A DNA stretch of 64,000 nt from contig JAVJNR010000006.1 of NCBI GenBank assembly GCA_040217195.1, positions 1 to 64,000 of the forward strand. Reading direction: 5' to 3'. Positions 9,538-18,433 of the stretch are shown here, piece by piece. The position numbers and the translations under genes are program-made. Each line of letters begins with the position of its first letter. Position 1 is the stretch's first letter. This DNA comes from Leptospiraceae bacterium (lineage in GTDB: Bacteria > Spirochaetota > Leptospiria > Leptospirales > Leptonemataceae). The notes beneath the pieces are model-generated. The model did not search any database and was not told the DNA's origin. It saw only the letters and a program-made list of their open reading frames with translations.

Positions 9538-10706
9538 GCCCCATGGATTACTCATCCGTTGCGCAATTCATACGAGAGCAATACCACTCTTCAGATTTTA
9601 TTCCTCTCCATGAACCCGTTTTTTTGGGAAACGAGAAGCGATATCTGCAGGAATGCATCGACTCAACGTTCGTATCCAGTGTAGGAAAATTTGTAGATCG
9701 GTTTGAGGAGATGGTCGCGGAGTTCACTGGCGCCAGGTATGCCGTGGCCGTTGTAAATGGAACCGCTGCATTGCATACAGCTCTCATTTGTGCAGGAGTT
9801 CGGCCGAACGATGAGGTCATAACACAACCACTAACGTTTATTGCCACTTGCAATGCAATTTCCTATTGCCAGGCAGTACCTCTCTTTGTGGATGTTGACC
9901 GAAGAACTCTCGGGATGAGTGCTGCAGCCCTCGAGAGATTTCTTTTGACGGAAACGGAGAAAACCTCAGGGGGACTGCGAAACCGTGTCACAGGGAACCG
10001 GATTGGTGCCATTCTTCCAATGCATACCTTTGGAAATCCCTGCGAAATTGAAAGAATTCAGGAACTCGCTCGGTCTTTTGAAGTACCAATGATCGAAGAT
10101 GCGGCTGAGAGCCTGGGTAGCTATTACGGAGAAAAGCATACAGGCCGCTTTGGTCTGATAGGCACGTTCAGCTTCAACGGAAACAAAACTATCACAACTG
10201 GCGGAGGCGGAATGGTAATCACAGACGATCCGGGCCTTGCCAGCAGAGCGAAGCATCTAACAACCACTGCAAAGCTACCCCATGAATATGAATTCCTCCA
10301 TGACGAAATAGGGTTTAATTACCGACTGCCCAACATTAATGCTGCACTTGGGTGCGCGCAAATGGAGTCGCTTCCACTAATTCTTCGAAGGAAGAAGAAA
10401 CTCGCATCAAAATATCGCGAATTCTTCGCACAAAAGGATGTGGAATTCGTGGAAGCTGTATCGCCGGGAAAATCCAACCACTGGCTTAACGCTCTGGTGC
10501 TCCAGAATCCGGAAGAGCGACAGGCTTTTCTGGAATTCATGAACAGTTCCGGAGTTATGGTCAGGCCCGTTTGGCGACTGATGAGCCGCCTTCCGATGTT
10601 TGAAAGCGCCCCCAGGGGAAATCTATACGTTGCTGAGTCGCTGGAACAAAGAGTAGTCAATATCCCCAGTGGCCCTCGGATGATGGAAAAAGAGGAGAAA
10701 TCTTGA
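9534..10706 (+). CDS. legC: LegC family PLP aminotransferase (DegT/DnrJ/EryC1/StrS)
   Basis: IPLHEP, STFVSSVG, EDAAESLGS, SFNGNK(PLP Lys)TITTGGGG, NYRLPNINAALG; GTG start overlaps the legB stop. Confidence 0.92.
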   Translation: MSPMDYSSVAQFIREQYHSSDFIPLHEPVFLGNEKRYLQECIDSTFVSSVGKFVDRFEEMVAEFTGARYAVAVVNGTAALHTALICAGVRPNDEVITQPLTFIATCNAISYCQAVPLFVDVDRRTLGMSAAALERFLLTETEKTSGGLRNRVTGNRIGAILPMHTFGNPCEIERIQELARSFEVPMIEDAAESLGSYYGEKHTGRFGLIGTFSFNGNKTITTGGGGMVITDDPGLASRAKHLTTTAKLPHEYEFLHDEIGFNYRLPNINAALGCAQMESLPLILRRKKKLASKYREFFAQKDVEFVEAVSPGKSNHWLNALVLQNPEERQAFLEFMNSSGVMVRPVWRLMSRLPMFESAPRGNLYVAESLEQRVVNIPSGPRMMEKEEKS

Positions 10707-11761
10707 AGAACTGGAAGGACATACTTCTGCGAAAAGAGGACAGTCTGGTGGATGCTATTCAGAAGATTGATGCCTCCGGGGCGCAAATTGCCATTATCGC
10801 CGATGAACAGGGAAAGCTTGAAGGAGTGTTAACGGATGGCGATGTTCGACGATCAATCCTGAAGGGCTATGATCTCAAAGTTCTGGTAAAGGACGTGATG
10901 AATCGCAATCCGCGTACTGTTCTGGCATCCACCCCCAGTAGCGAAATATTGCATATAATGCGAAAGAACACCTACCACCAGATACCGCTGGTGGATGAGG
11001 AGGGCCGGGTTGCTGGACTGATTACGCTGGATGAATTGATTGGCGCTACGGACAGACCCAATCGAGTGGTTCTGATGGCTGGCGGACAGGGAAAGCGCCT
11101 ACATCCCTTAACCATCGACACCCCAAAGCCTCTATTGCAGGTGGGTGGACGACCCATTCTTGAGAGTATTGTCCAGAGATTCGCTGACCAGGGGTTCGTG
11201 CATTTTTTTATCTCAGTGAATTACAAAGCCGAAATGATCTGCGATTATTTTGGCAACGGAGAACGCTGGGGAGTGAATATTCAGTATATTCACGAGGATA
11301 AGAGCCTTGGAACAGCCGGAGCTCTGTCATTAATCGAAGAACAGTTGGAGGATCCGATCATCGTTATGAACGGCGACCTGCTGACTCATGTGAACTTTAA
11401 CTTCATGTTAAAGTTTCACCTGGAAACGGATTCAGTTGCAACCATGGCGGTTCGAGAGTATGATTTTGAAGTGCCCTATGGTGTAGTAAGTGTTGAAAAT
11501 CAGCGAATTCGCGAAATCGAGGAGAAGCCCATTCACCGCTTTTTCGTGAATGCGGGTATCTACGTTCTTTCCCCGGAAGCATTATCATATCTCCCTCAGA
11601 ACCAGCATTTGAATATGACCACGTTATTTGATACCCTGGTAGCCCAGGATCGTATCGCATCCGCCTATCCGCTGCGGGAGTACTGGTTGGACATTGGACG
11701 AATGAGCGATTATGAAAAAGCCAAAAATGAATACGGATTGATCGAAGATGTACAGGGGTAA
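10703..11761 (+). CDS. CBS-domain sugar-phosphate nucleotidyltransferase (PtmE/LegX-type)
   Basis: N-terminal CBS pair (TDGDVRR), MAGGQGKRL, PKPLL, LGTAG, MNGD, WLDIG; TTG start with AGGAG SD. Confidence 0.9.
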   Translation: MKNWKDILLRKEDSLVDAIQKIDASGAQIAIIADEQGKLEGVLTDGDVRRSILKGYDLKVLVKDVMNRNPRTVLASTPSSEILHIMRKNTYHQIPLVDEEGRVAGLITLDELIGATDRPNRVVLMAGGQGKRLHPLTIDTPKPLLQVGGRPILESIVQRFADQGFVHFFISVNYKAEMICDYFGNGERWGVNIQYIHEDKSLGTAGALSLIEEQLEDPIIVMNGDLLTHVNFNFMLKFHLETDSVATMAVREYDFEVPYGVVSVENQRIREIEEKPIHRFFVNAGIYVLSPEALSYLPQNQHLNMTTLFDTLVAQDRIASAYPLREYWLDIGRMSDYEKAKNEYGLIEDVQG

Positions 11762-12464
11762 GAGATTTCTGGGTATTATTCCGGCCCGCCAGGGCTCCCG
11801 GGGACTTCCCGGGAAGAATATCATGAATCTATGTGGAAAGCCTCTTATTGGCTGGAGCATTGAAACGGCCAGTAGAAGCGTTTATCTGGACGAATGTATA
11901 GTGTCCTCCGACGGCGAAGATATCCTTAGTATTGCAAAGACCTTTGGGGCTTCTGTTCCCTTCGTTCGTCCCATTGAGCTGGCAACGGACTCCGCTACTT
12001 CCATAGCTGTTGTGGTCCATGCCCTGGATTTCTTCAAGAATGAAAAAGGAATCGAGTTCGACTATATTGTGCTTCTGGAACCTACATCACCTCTCCGAGA
12101 GGATGGCGACATTGATAGGATGATTGAGCGAATCATTGAACTGGAAGACTCCTTTGATGCAATTGTAAGTGTGGGTGAGGTTCGGGAGCATCCTTCCATT
12201 ATGAAGCGGATTCTTGAAAACGAAATTGAACCCTTTTGCCCGGGGCTACCGATGACCACACGGAGACAGGACAACGCAGTTGCTTTTTTCCCATACGGTG
12301 TAGCGTATATTACCAGGGCAGAAGTTCTGAGGTCCGAGCAAACGTTCTATCCGAAGAGAACCACCTGGTACGAAATCCAGAGATATCAGTGCTACGAGAT
12401 AGATGATCTCTATGATTTTCTCTGTGTCGAATCGGTAATGAGGCGAGAATGGAAGATTCAATGA
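11748..12464 (+). CDS. Acylneuraminate cytidylyltransferase (LegF/NeuA), second copy
   Basis: PARQGSRGLPGKN, PFVRP, LLEPTSPLR, EIDD. Confidence 0.9.
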   Translation: MYRGKRFLGIIPARQGSRGLPGKNIMNLCGKPLIGWSIETASRSVYLDECIVSSDGEDILSIAKTFGASVPFVRPIELATDSATSIAVVVHALDFFKNEKGIEFDYIVLLEPTSPLREDGDIDRMIERIIELEDSFDAIVSVGEVREHPSIMKRILENEIEPFCPGLPMTTRRQDNAVAFFPYGVAYITRAEVLRSEQTFYPKRTTWYEIQRYQCYEIDDLYDFLCVESVMRREWKIQ

Positions 12465-13453
12465 AGATTCTAGTAGTTGGTCTGGGCTCCATGGGCAAAC
12501 GTAGAGTGAGGAACTTACAGGCTCTAGGTGTTAGGGAAGTCTACGGCTTTGATCCGCGTCCGGATCGCAGGGAGGAAGCCCTGAAAAAATACGATATTCA
12601 GGTCTTCCAGAATTTTGAGGAGGCCCTGGTCAAGAATCCGGATATTATGGTGATTTCGACTCCACCGGACTTACATATGGAATACGCATTTATTGCTCTG
12701 GAGCGAAAGCTACATTGTTTTATAGAAGCCTCGGTAGTCGACGCGGATCGGATTCTTGAACTGGGAAAATCAGTGGAAGGGACAGGGCTGGTATTCGCTC
12801 CTTCCTGTACCATGCGTTACTTCCCGGGCCCGGCGAAAGCAAAAGAGCTGGTTCAATCCGGAGTACTCGGTCGCATTCTTACTATCAACTATCATGTCGG
12901 TCAATATCTTCCGGACTGGCACCCGTGGGAAGATATCCAGGACTATTATGTTTCGAAGCCCGAGACCGGTGGTGCCCGGGAAATTGTTCCATTTGAGCTA
13001 ACCTGGTTGAACGATGTATTTGGTCCGGCCATTGCCCTGGGTTGCCACAAGGCCAAGCAAAGTAGCATGTCAGCGCACATTGACGATGTCTATTTCTGCC
13101 TGTGTCGCTATGAAAGCGGTGCGATCCTGAACCTTACTGTGGAAGTGCTATCCAGGCCAAAGGCCACTAGAGAGCTCCGGGTCCTCGGAGAAGAAGGAGA
13201 GTTGGTCTTTAGTTCTGACACTAATTCTATCAGATTCATTAATACAAGCATGAATGATTGGGAAGAGGTTTCATTCGCCCACGGGACATTGGAGTCCAAT
13301 TATATCAACCCTGAAGAACCCTATATTGCGGAAATGAGGGACTTTTTAAGAGCCATTCGCGACGGCGGCAAAAGTCCATTTCCGAATACACTGACCGATG
13401 ATCATGATGTATTGCAGCTATTATATTCACTTGAGAGAGAGGCCGTGCGCTAA
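12461..13453 (+). CDS. Gfo/Idh/MocA family oxidoreductase, second copy
   Basis: GLGSMG, STPPDLH, DWHPWEDI; ATG 12461 overlaps the upstream stop (ATGA). Confidence 0.85.
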   Translation: MKILVVGLGSMGKRRVRNLQALGVREVYGFDPRPDRREEALKKYDIQVFQNFEEALVKNPDIMVISTPPDLHMEYAFIALERKLHCFIEASVVDADRILELGKSVEGTGLVFAPSCTMRYFPGPAKAKELVQSGVLGRILTINYHVGQYLPDWHPWEDIQDYYVSKPETGGAREIVPFELTWLNDVFGPAIALGCHKAKQSSMSAHIDDVYFCLCRYESGAILNLTVEVLSRPKATRELRVLGEEGELVFSSDTNSIRFINTSMNDWEEVSFAHGTLESNYINPEEPYIAEMRDFLRAIRDGGKSPFPNTLTDDHDVLQLLYSLEREAVR

Positions 13454-14745
13454 TGGACTATACACAACGTCTACTCAGGGCCATTCCCGGCGGGGCTCAC
13501 ACATACTCCAGGGGCTTTGATCAGTTTCCTGAAAACGCTCCTTCCATATTGAAGCGCGGAAAGGGTGCATACGCGTACGATGCAGAGGAGAATGAGTATC
13601 TGGATTACGGAATGGCTCTTCGCGCAGTCCATATCGGCTATGCGGAGGAGGCCATCGACGAAGCGGCAATTGCGCAAATCCGAAACGGAAATAATCTCAC
13701 CCGTCCATCCATGATAGAACTGGAAGCGGCGGAACTGATGATCGAACTCATCGATTCGGTGGATATGGTAAAATTCACCAAAAACGGATCAACTGCTGTA
13801 TCGGCGGCGGTCAAGCTAGCTCGGGCTTACACCGGCAGAGATTTTGTGGCGCGATGTGCAGAACATCCCTTCTTTTCCTATGACGACTGGTTTATAGGTT
13901 CCACACCCATCGTCAGGGGGATTCCCAGAGAAACCCAGGAACAGACCAAATCGTTTCCTTACAATGATCTGGGAGCCCTGGAAGAATTGATTACCCGGTA
14001 TCCAAATCAATTTGCCTGTGTAGTGCTGGAAGCGGCCACTACTGAGCCCCCTGCTGAAGGCTACTTTCGTGGAATCAGGGAACTCTGTAATAGGCACGGA
14101 ATATTGCTCATTCTGGATGAAATGATAACTGGATTTCGCTGGCACATGAAGGGTGCCCAGCACCTTTACTCCGTTGAGCCGGATCTATGTACTTTCGGAA
14201 AGGCCATGGCCAATGGTTACTCAGTAGCCTGTGTTGGTGGTCGGAGAGAAGTCATGGAGTTGGGGTCCATTGAGCTAGAAGGTAGGGAGAGAGTCTTCTT
14301 GCTTTCAACCACGCATGGAGCGGAAATGAGCGGCCTTGGCGCATTTGTGGCTACCATGAAGTATATGGAGGAGCATCAAGTGGTGGATCACCTGTGGAGC
14401 TATGGGGCGCAGCTTATTGATTTGTTGAATAAGCGAGCAGAAGAGTTTAATGTTTCGCATAGCTTTCGGGCTGGCGGGATTCCCTGTTCGCCCTTCTATC
14501 TAACATTGGATGCGCACGGCAATAATTCTCTCGAACTAAGAACTCTTTTCTCTCAGGAGATGATTCGCGGCGGGGTGCTGATTCCCTGGATTGCTCTTAG
14601 CTTTCGTCATGGTGAGCAGGAACTGGAAAAGACGGATGTTGCGCTCTGCAGTGCCCTTCGAACGTATGCGGATGCACTGGAAAATGGGACCAGGAATCTA
14701 CTAAAGAGTGCACCGATACAACCGGTGTTCCGAAGGTTTAACTAA
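13453..14745 (+). CDS. Class III PLP aminotransferase (glutamate-1-semialdehyde aminomutase-like), polysaccharide-cluster type
   Basis: IPGGAHTYS, FTKNGSTA, LDEMITGFR, TFGKAMANG (PLP Lys), STTHG. Confidence 0.85.
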   Translation: MDYTQRLLRAIPGGAHTYSRGFDQFPENAPSILKRGKGAYAYDAEENEYLDYGMALRAVHIGYAEEAIDEAAIAQIRNGNNLTRPSMIELEAAELMIELIDSVDMVKFTKNGSTAVSAAVKLARAYTGRDFVARCAEHPFFSYDDWFIGSTPIVRGIPRETQEQTKSFPYNDLGALEELITRYPNQFACVVLEAATTEPPAEGYFRGIRELCNRHGILLILDEMITGFRWHMKGAQHLYSVEPDLCTFGKAMANGYSVACVGGRREVMELGSIELEGRERVFLLSTTHGAEMSGLGAFVATMKYMEEHQVVDHLWSYGAQLIDLLNKRAEEFNVSHSFRAGGIPCSPFYLTLDAHGNNSLELRTLFSQEMIRGGVLIPWIALSFRHGEQELEKTDVALCSALRTYADALENGTRNLLKSAPIQPVFRRFN

Positions 14746-14770
14746 TGCTCCTTCCAGGAGAGATCAAGAA

Positions 14771-15556
14771 TTGAGACTTGCCCTTGTATCATTAAATCCT
14801 TGCTGGGAGGATCGAGAAGCCTCCTTTGAAAGGAGTAAAGAAGCAGTGACGGTGGCCGGTAAAAATCGTCCCGATCTAATTGTGTTTCCAGAAATGACTC
14901 TGACCGGTTTTTCGATGAATACGTCTGTCACAGCTGAAAATCCTCAAGATTCTCGCTCCATGCAACTATTCTCGGAGCTTTCGATGGAGGTTCGTACCCC
15001 AATACTCTATGGAATTACCTTGAGTTCCAGGCAAGGGGCAACAAATACCGCTCTGACTGTGGATGCAAATGGTCAAATCGTCGCTCGTTATGATAAAGTA
15101 CATCCTTTTTCATTTGCGCAGGAGGATCAGTTTTTCCAGGCAGGAAACACTATAACTACCGCGAGTATCAACGACATGGCAATGGGGCTGACCATCTGTT
15201 ACGACCTGCGATTTCCGGAGCTTTATACTGCTTTGTCCAGGAATTGCCAGGCTCTGGTCAATATTGCTAATTGGCCAGGGCTCAGGAAGGACCACTGGTT
15301 TACACTTCTTCGGGCAAGAGCCATTGAAAATCAGGCATTCATGGTGGGCGTTAATCGAACCGGAGTAGACGGCAAAGGAATCGAATACGCTCGGAGCACC
15401 GCAGTGGTTCGACCCAACGGAGAATGGTTGAGCCCATTGGAATCCGAAGGATTGATCGATTGGTATGAATTGGACCCCGGTGAAGTTTTAAGCGCGAGAG
15501 GCGAATTCCCCACTTGTAAGGATCGCAGACCGGAGCTGTACCGTAGCATTATATGA
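14771..15556 (+). CDS. Carbon-nitrogen hydrolase (nitrilase superfamily, omega-amidase/YafV-like)
   Basis: Catalytic triad FPE / YDKVH / ICYDLRFPE, also LRARAIENQ and GVNR; TTG 14771 with AGGAG SD. Confidence 0.88.
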   Translation: MRLALVSLNPCWEDREASFERSKEAVTVAGKNRPDLIVFPEMTLTGFSMNTSVTAENPQDSRSMQLFSELSMEVRTPILYGITLSSRQGATNTALTVDANGQIVARYDKVHPFSFAQEDQFFQAGNTITTASINDMAMGLTICYDLRFPELYTALSRNCQALVNIANWPGLRKDHWFTLLRARAIENQAFMVGVNRTGVDGKGIEYARSTAVVRPNGEWLSPLESEGLIDWYELDPGEVLSARGEFPTCKDRRPELYRSII

Positions 15557-16335
15557 ACTCATCGCAACTGGAGAATAAGGTCGTTATTGTTAGCGGCGGG
15601 GCCGGGCGGCTTGGGCGGGTCTTTTCAGAGGCCATTGTATCAGAAGGTGGAGTAGCAGTCATTGCTGATGTAGATCAACGTCGGGCCGAGGTAGTGGCGG
15701 AGGAAATAGAAAAGGACCATCCTGGAGCCGGTGTCCTTCCTGTTGAGCTGGATATACGGTCTGTTGCATCGATTCGCACAGTAATTGAAAATGTGGAAGG
15801 GAAGTATGGTCGCATTGATGCACTTGTCAATAACGCCTACCCGAGAAATAAAAATTACGGCCGAAAGTTTTTTGAGGTCGAATACAAGGACTTCTGCGAA
15901 AACATGGGAATGCATGTTGGTGGTTATTTTCTGACCAGCCAGGAGCTTGCCCGCCACTTCTTGGGTCAGGGTTACGGCAATATCGTAAATATTTCATCGA
16001 TATATGGTACTATCGCCCCCCGATTTGAGATTTATGAGGGCACGGAAATGACGACTCCAGTTGAATACGCTGCGATCAAGGCTGCCATCAATCATCTGAC
16101 TCGATACATGGCTCAGTATCTAAAAAAGGATAGTATTAGAGTGAACAGCCTGAGTCCCGGTGGTATTCTAGATAATCAACCGGAGACCTTCTTGAATGCC
16201 TACCGGGAACGTAGCGGTACGACTGGTATGCTGGACGCGAAAGATGTAACGGGAACTCTGGTCTATCTGCTAAGCGATGCATCAAATGTTCTTACGGGGC
16301 AGAACATCATAGTGGATGACGGTTTTACACTTTGA
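15553..16335 (+). CDS. SDR family oxidoreductase (flagellin modification protein A/PtmA, ElaC-like)
   Basis: GGAGRLG, NNAYPRNKNYG, SSIYG, EYAAIK, SPGGI, TGQNIIVDDG. Confidence 0.88.
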   Translation: MNSSQLENKVVIVSGGAGRLGRVFSEAIVSEGGVAVIADVDQRRAEVVAEEIEKDHPGAGVLPVELDIRSVASIRTVIENVEGKYGRIDALVNNAYPRNKNYGRKFFEVEYKDFCENMGMHVGGYFLTSQELARHFLGQGYGNIVNISSIYGTIAPRFEIYEGTEMTTPVEYAAIKAAINHLTRYMAQYLKKDSIRVNSLSPGGILDNQPETFLNAYRERSGTTGMLDAKDVTGTLVYLLSDASNVLTGQNIIVDDGFTL

Positions 16336-16407
16336 GAGAAGCACAGATGAGGGGCATCCGCTTTATGCAATGCCTTAAAATACGGACTCCAGACAAGAAG
16401 GAACTAT

Positions 16408-17643
16408 ATGTATAATACCATTACAAAATGTAGAATATGCAGAAGCGAAGAGCTTATAGCGGTGGTCGCCCTTGGGCAACAGTATCTCACAGGCGTATTT
16501 CCCCGAAAGAGGGAAGATGAGATTACCAAAGGACCGCTGGAGCTAGTCTACTGTAAGAGTTGCGGTTTACTGCAATTGAAGCATTCTTATGCTATCGAGG
16601 AAATGTACGGTGAAAACTATGGCTACCGCTCCGGGCTAAACCGGTCCATGGTCAAGCATTTACAAAACAAGATACAATTCCTCGAACGAATGGCGAAACC
16701 AGGCTCTGATGATGTTGTAATCGACATCGGCAGCAACGATGCAACCTCCCTCAAGGCCTATCAGGGCCCCTTCAGGAAGGTGGGTATTGATCCAACCGGG
16801 AAGAAGTTTCAGAAGTATTACTCAGAGGGTATTGATCTAATTCCGGATTTCTTCAGCGCGCAACTATTTCATGATAAGTTCCCCGGTAGGAAGGCCAAAA
16901 TCGTAACTTCCATTGCTATGTTCTACGATCTTGAGGATCCTGTTGACTTTGTTCGGAACATCTACTCCGTGCTGGACGATGAGGGCATATGGCATTTCGA
17001 GCAAAGCTATATGCCTTCGATGCTTAGAACGAACTCGTACGATACGATTTGTCATGAACACCTTGAATTCTATTCGTTAGGTGTGATAAGGGATATGCTG
17101 AATAGATGCGACATGAAGATTCTGGATGTGCAGATGAACGCGGTAAACGGTGGCAGCTTTGCAGTTACCGCGAGCAAGAAATCTGCAAGCTATCGACCCA
17201 ACCATGCGGTCATCCAATGGCTCATCGACCAGGAGTTAGATATGGGGTTGAATTCACTGAAGCCCTACCGGGATTTTGAAGATCGAGTATATAAACATCG
17301 AAAGAATTTGAAAGACCTGATCGAAGCTCTGGTCTCCGACGGGAAAAAGGTTCTGGGATACGGGGCCAGCACCAAAGGAAACGTATTGCTCCAATTCTGT
17401 GACCTCACCGAAAGGCATATACCATTTATCGCAGATATTAATGAAGACAAATTCGGAGCTTTCACACCGGGGACTGGAATTCCGATTATTTCTGAGGAGG
17501 AAGCGAAGGCGATGAAGCCTGATTACTTCCTGGTGCTGCCCTGGCATTTCAAGAACAATATTCTGGAGCGGGAAAAGGATTACCTGGATGCGGGCGGGAA
17601 GTTCATCTTTCCTCTGCCGGAAATTGAAATAATGCACTACTAG
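16408..17643 (+). CDS. NDP-hexose C-methyltransferase (NovU/TylC3/TcaB9-like, Zn-binding)
   Basis: CRIC...CKSC Zn ligands, DIGSND SAM motif, CHEH, GYGASTKGN, LPWHF. Confidence 0.85.
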   Translation: MYNTITKCRICRSEELIAVVALGQQYLTGVFPRKREDEITKGPLELVYCKSCGLLQLKHSYAIEEMYGENYGYRSGLNRSMVKHLQNKIQFLERMAKPGSDDVVIDIGSNDATSLKAYQGPFRKVGIDPTGKKFQKYYSEGIDLIPDFFSAQLFHDKFPGRKAKIVTSIAMFYDLEDPVDFVRNIYSVLDDEGIWHFEQSYMPSMLRTNSYDTICHEHLEFYSLGVIRDMLNRCDMKILDVQMNAVNGGSFAVTASKKSASYRPNHAVIQWLIDQELDMGLNSLKPYRDFEDRVYKHRKNLKDLIEALVSDGKKVLGYGASTKGNVLLQFCDLTERHIPFIADINEDKFGAFTPGTGIPIISEEEAKAMKPDYFLVLPWHFKNNILEREKDYLDAGGKFIFPLPEIEIMHY

Positions 17644-18233
17644 TAGGCCCTTTGATTAACGAGTTGTCCCGGGAAAGAGGATACCGTTCTGCAGGGATGA
17701 TTGCCGTCAGTGCTTACAAAAAGGCAGGTTCATAGATAATGATCGTAACGGCCTAAGAGGGCGGGTTGTGACATATTCCAAAACAATCTTGCTGCATATA
17801 GGGGAAAAAAGCCGTGCAGCGAGTCTTGCTTATTCTTGAGTCGAAAGAGACAGCCTTTCACGGGGCTCATGGAGAAGTTTGGATTTGAGATGCTTAACGG
17901 AAGGGCTCTGCTTCGCGGGTAAATAGGAGCAAGGTACATAGTAATACTCAGGGTAAAAGCACCAAACTTTCATCCATACGTGAAGTTATTGCTGAATAGT
18001 TTTTTTCGATTCTTCGATGGATTGGGGTCCAGAGTCAACCTTCAACACAGCCCGGTTTACTGAGGGACGTTGCGAAATCTATCTTGGCGTCAGGGCAGGC
18101 AAAAATTCTCAGTGGCAATGATAAAGTGCTAGATCTGATGACAGGCGATTGGTTCGAATGGTTTACCGGCTAGAATGGGCTTAAAAGTAGCTGAAATTTC
18201 CATGGAGTTCTTTGTATAAATAAGGAGTTGGTC

Positions 18234-18419
18234 ATGAAGGATTTGTTGAAGGGAAACTATAATATGGACTCGTATGATGACTTGTCTCAAAAGGCGGATT
18301 CGCTGCGTGAGAAAGCAGCATTAACTGAAGTGGAGATCTTCAAAGAGAAAGCAAAAAGCTCCATAGGTGGCAGTATGGTATTTGTAGAAAGAGAACGACT
18401 GGTTTGGGATGGGGAGTAG
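18234..18419 (+). CDS. Small hypothetical protein (61 aa)
   Basis: TAAGGAG SD at 18221-18227 before ATG 18234; stop 14 nt before the next gene. Confidence 0.55.
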   Translation: MKDLLKGNYNMDSYDDLSQKADSLREKAALTEVEIFKEKAKSSIGGSMVFVERERLVWDGE

Positions 18420-18433
18420 GAAGTTAAAACCTG

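Noticed and set aside
13453..14745. Calling the gene hemL (tetrapyrrole synthesis)
   Set aside because: It has FTKNGSTA instead of the HemL-type NSGTEA and is coupled to nonulosonate genes; treated as a sugar-pathway aminotransferase.
18228..18245. Small ORF and lexA both translate as MVMKDL at the start
   Set aside because: The similarity ends after six residues and depends on non-ATG upstream starts; coincidence.
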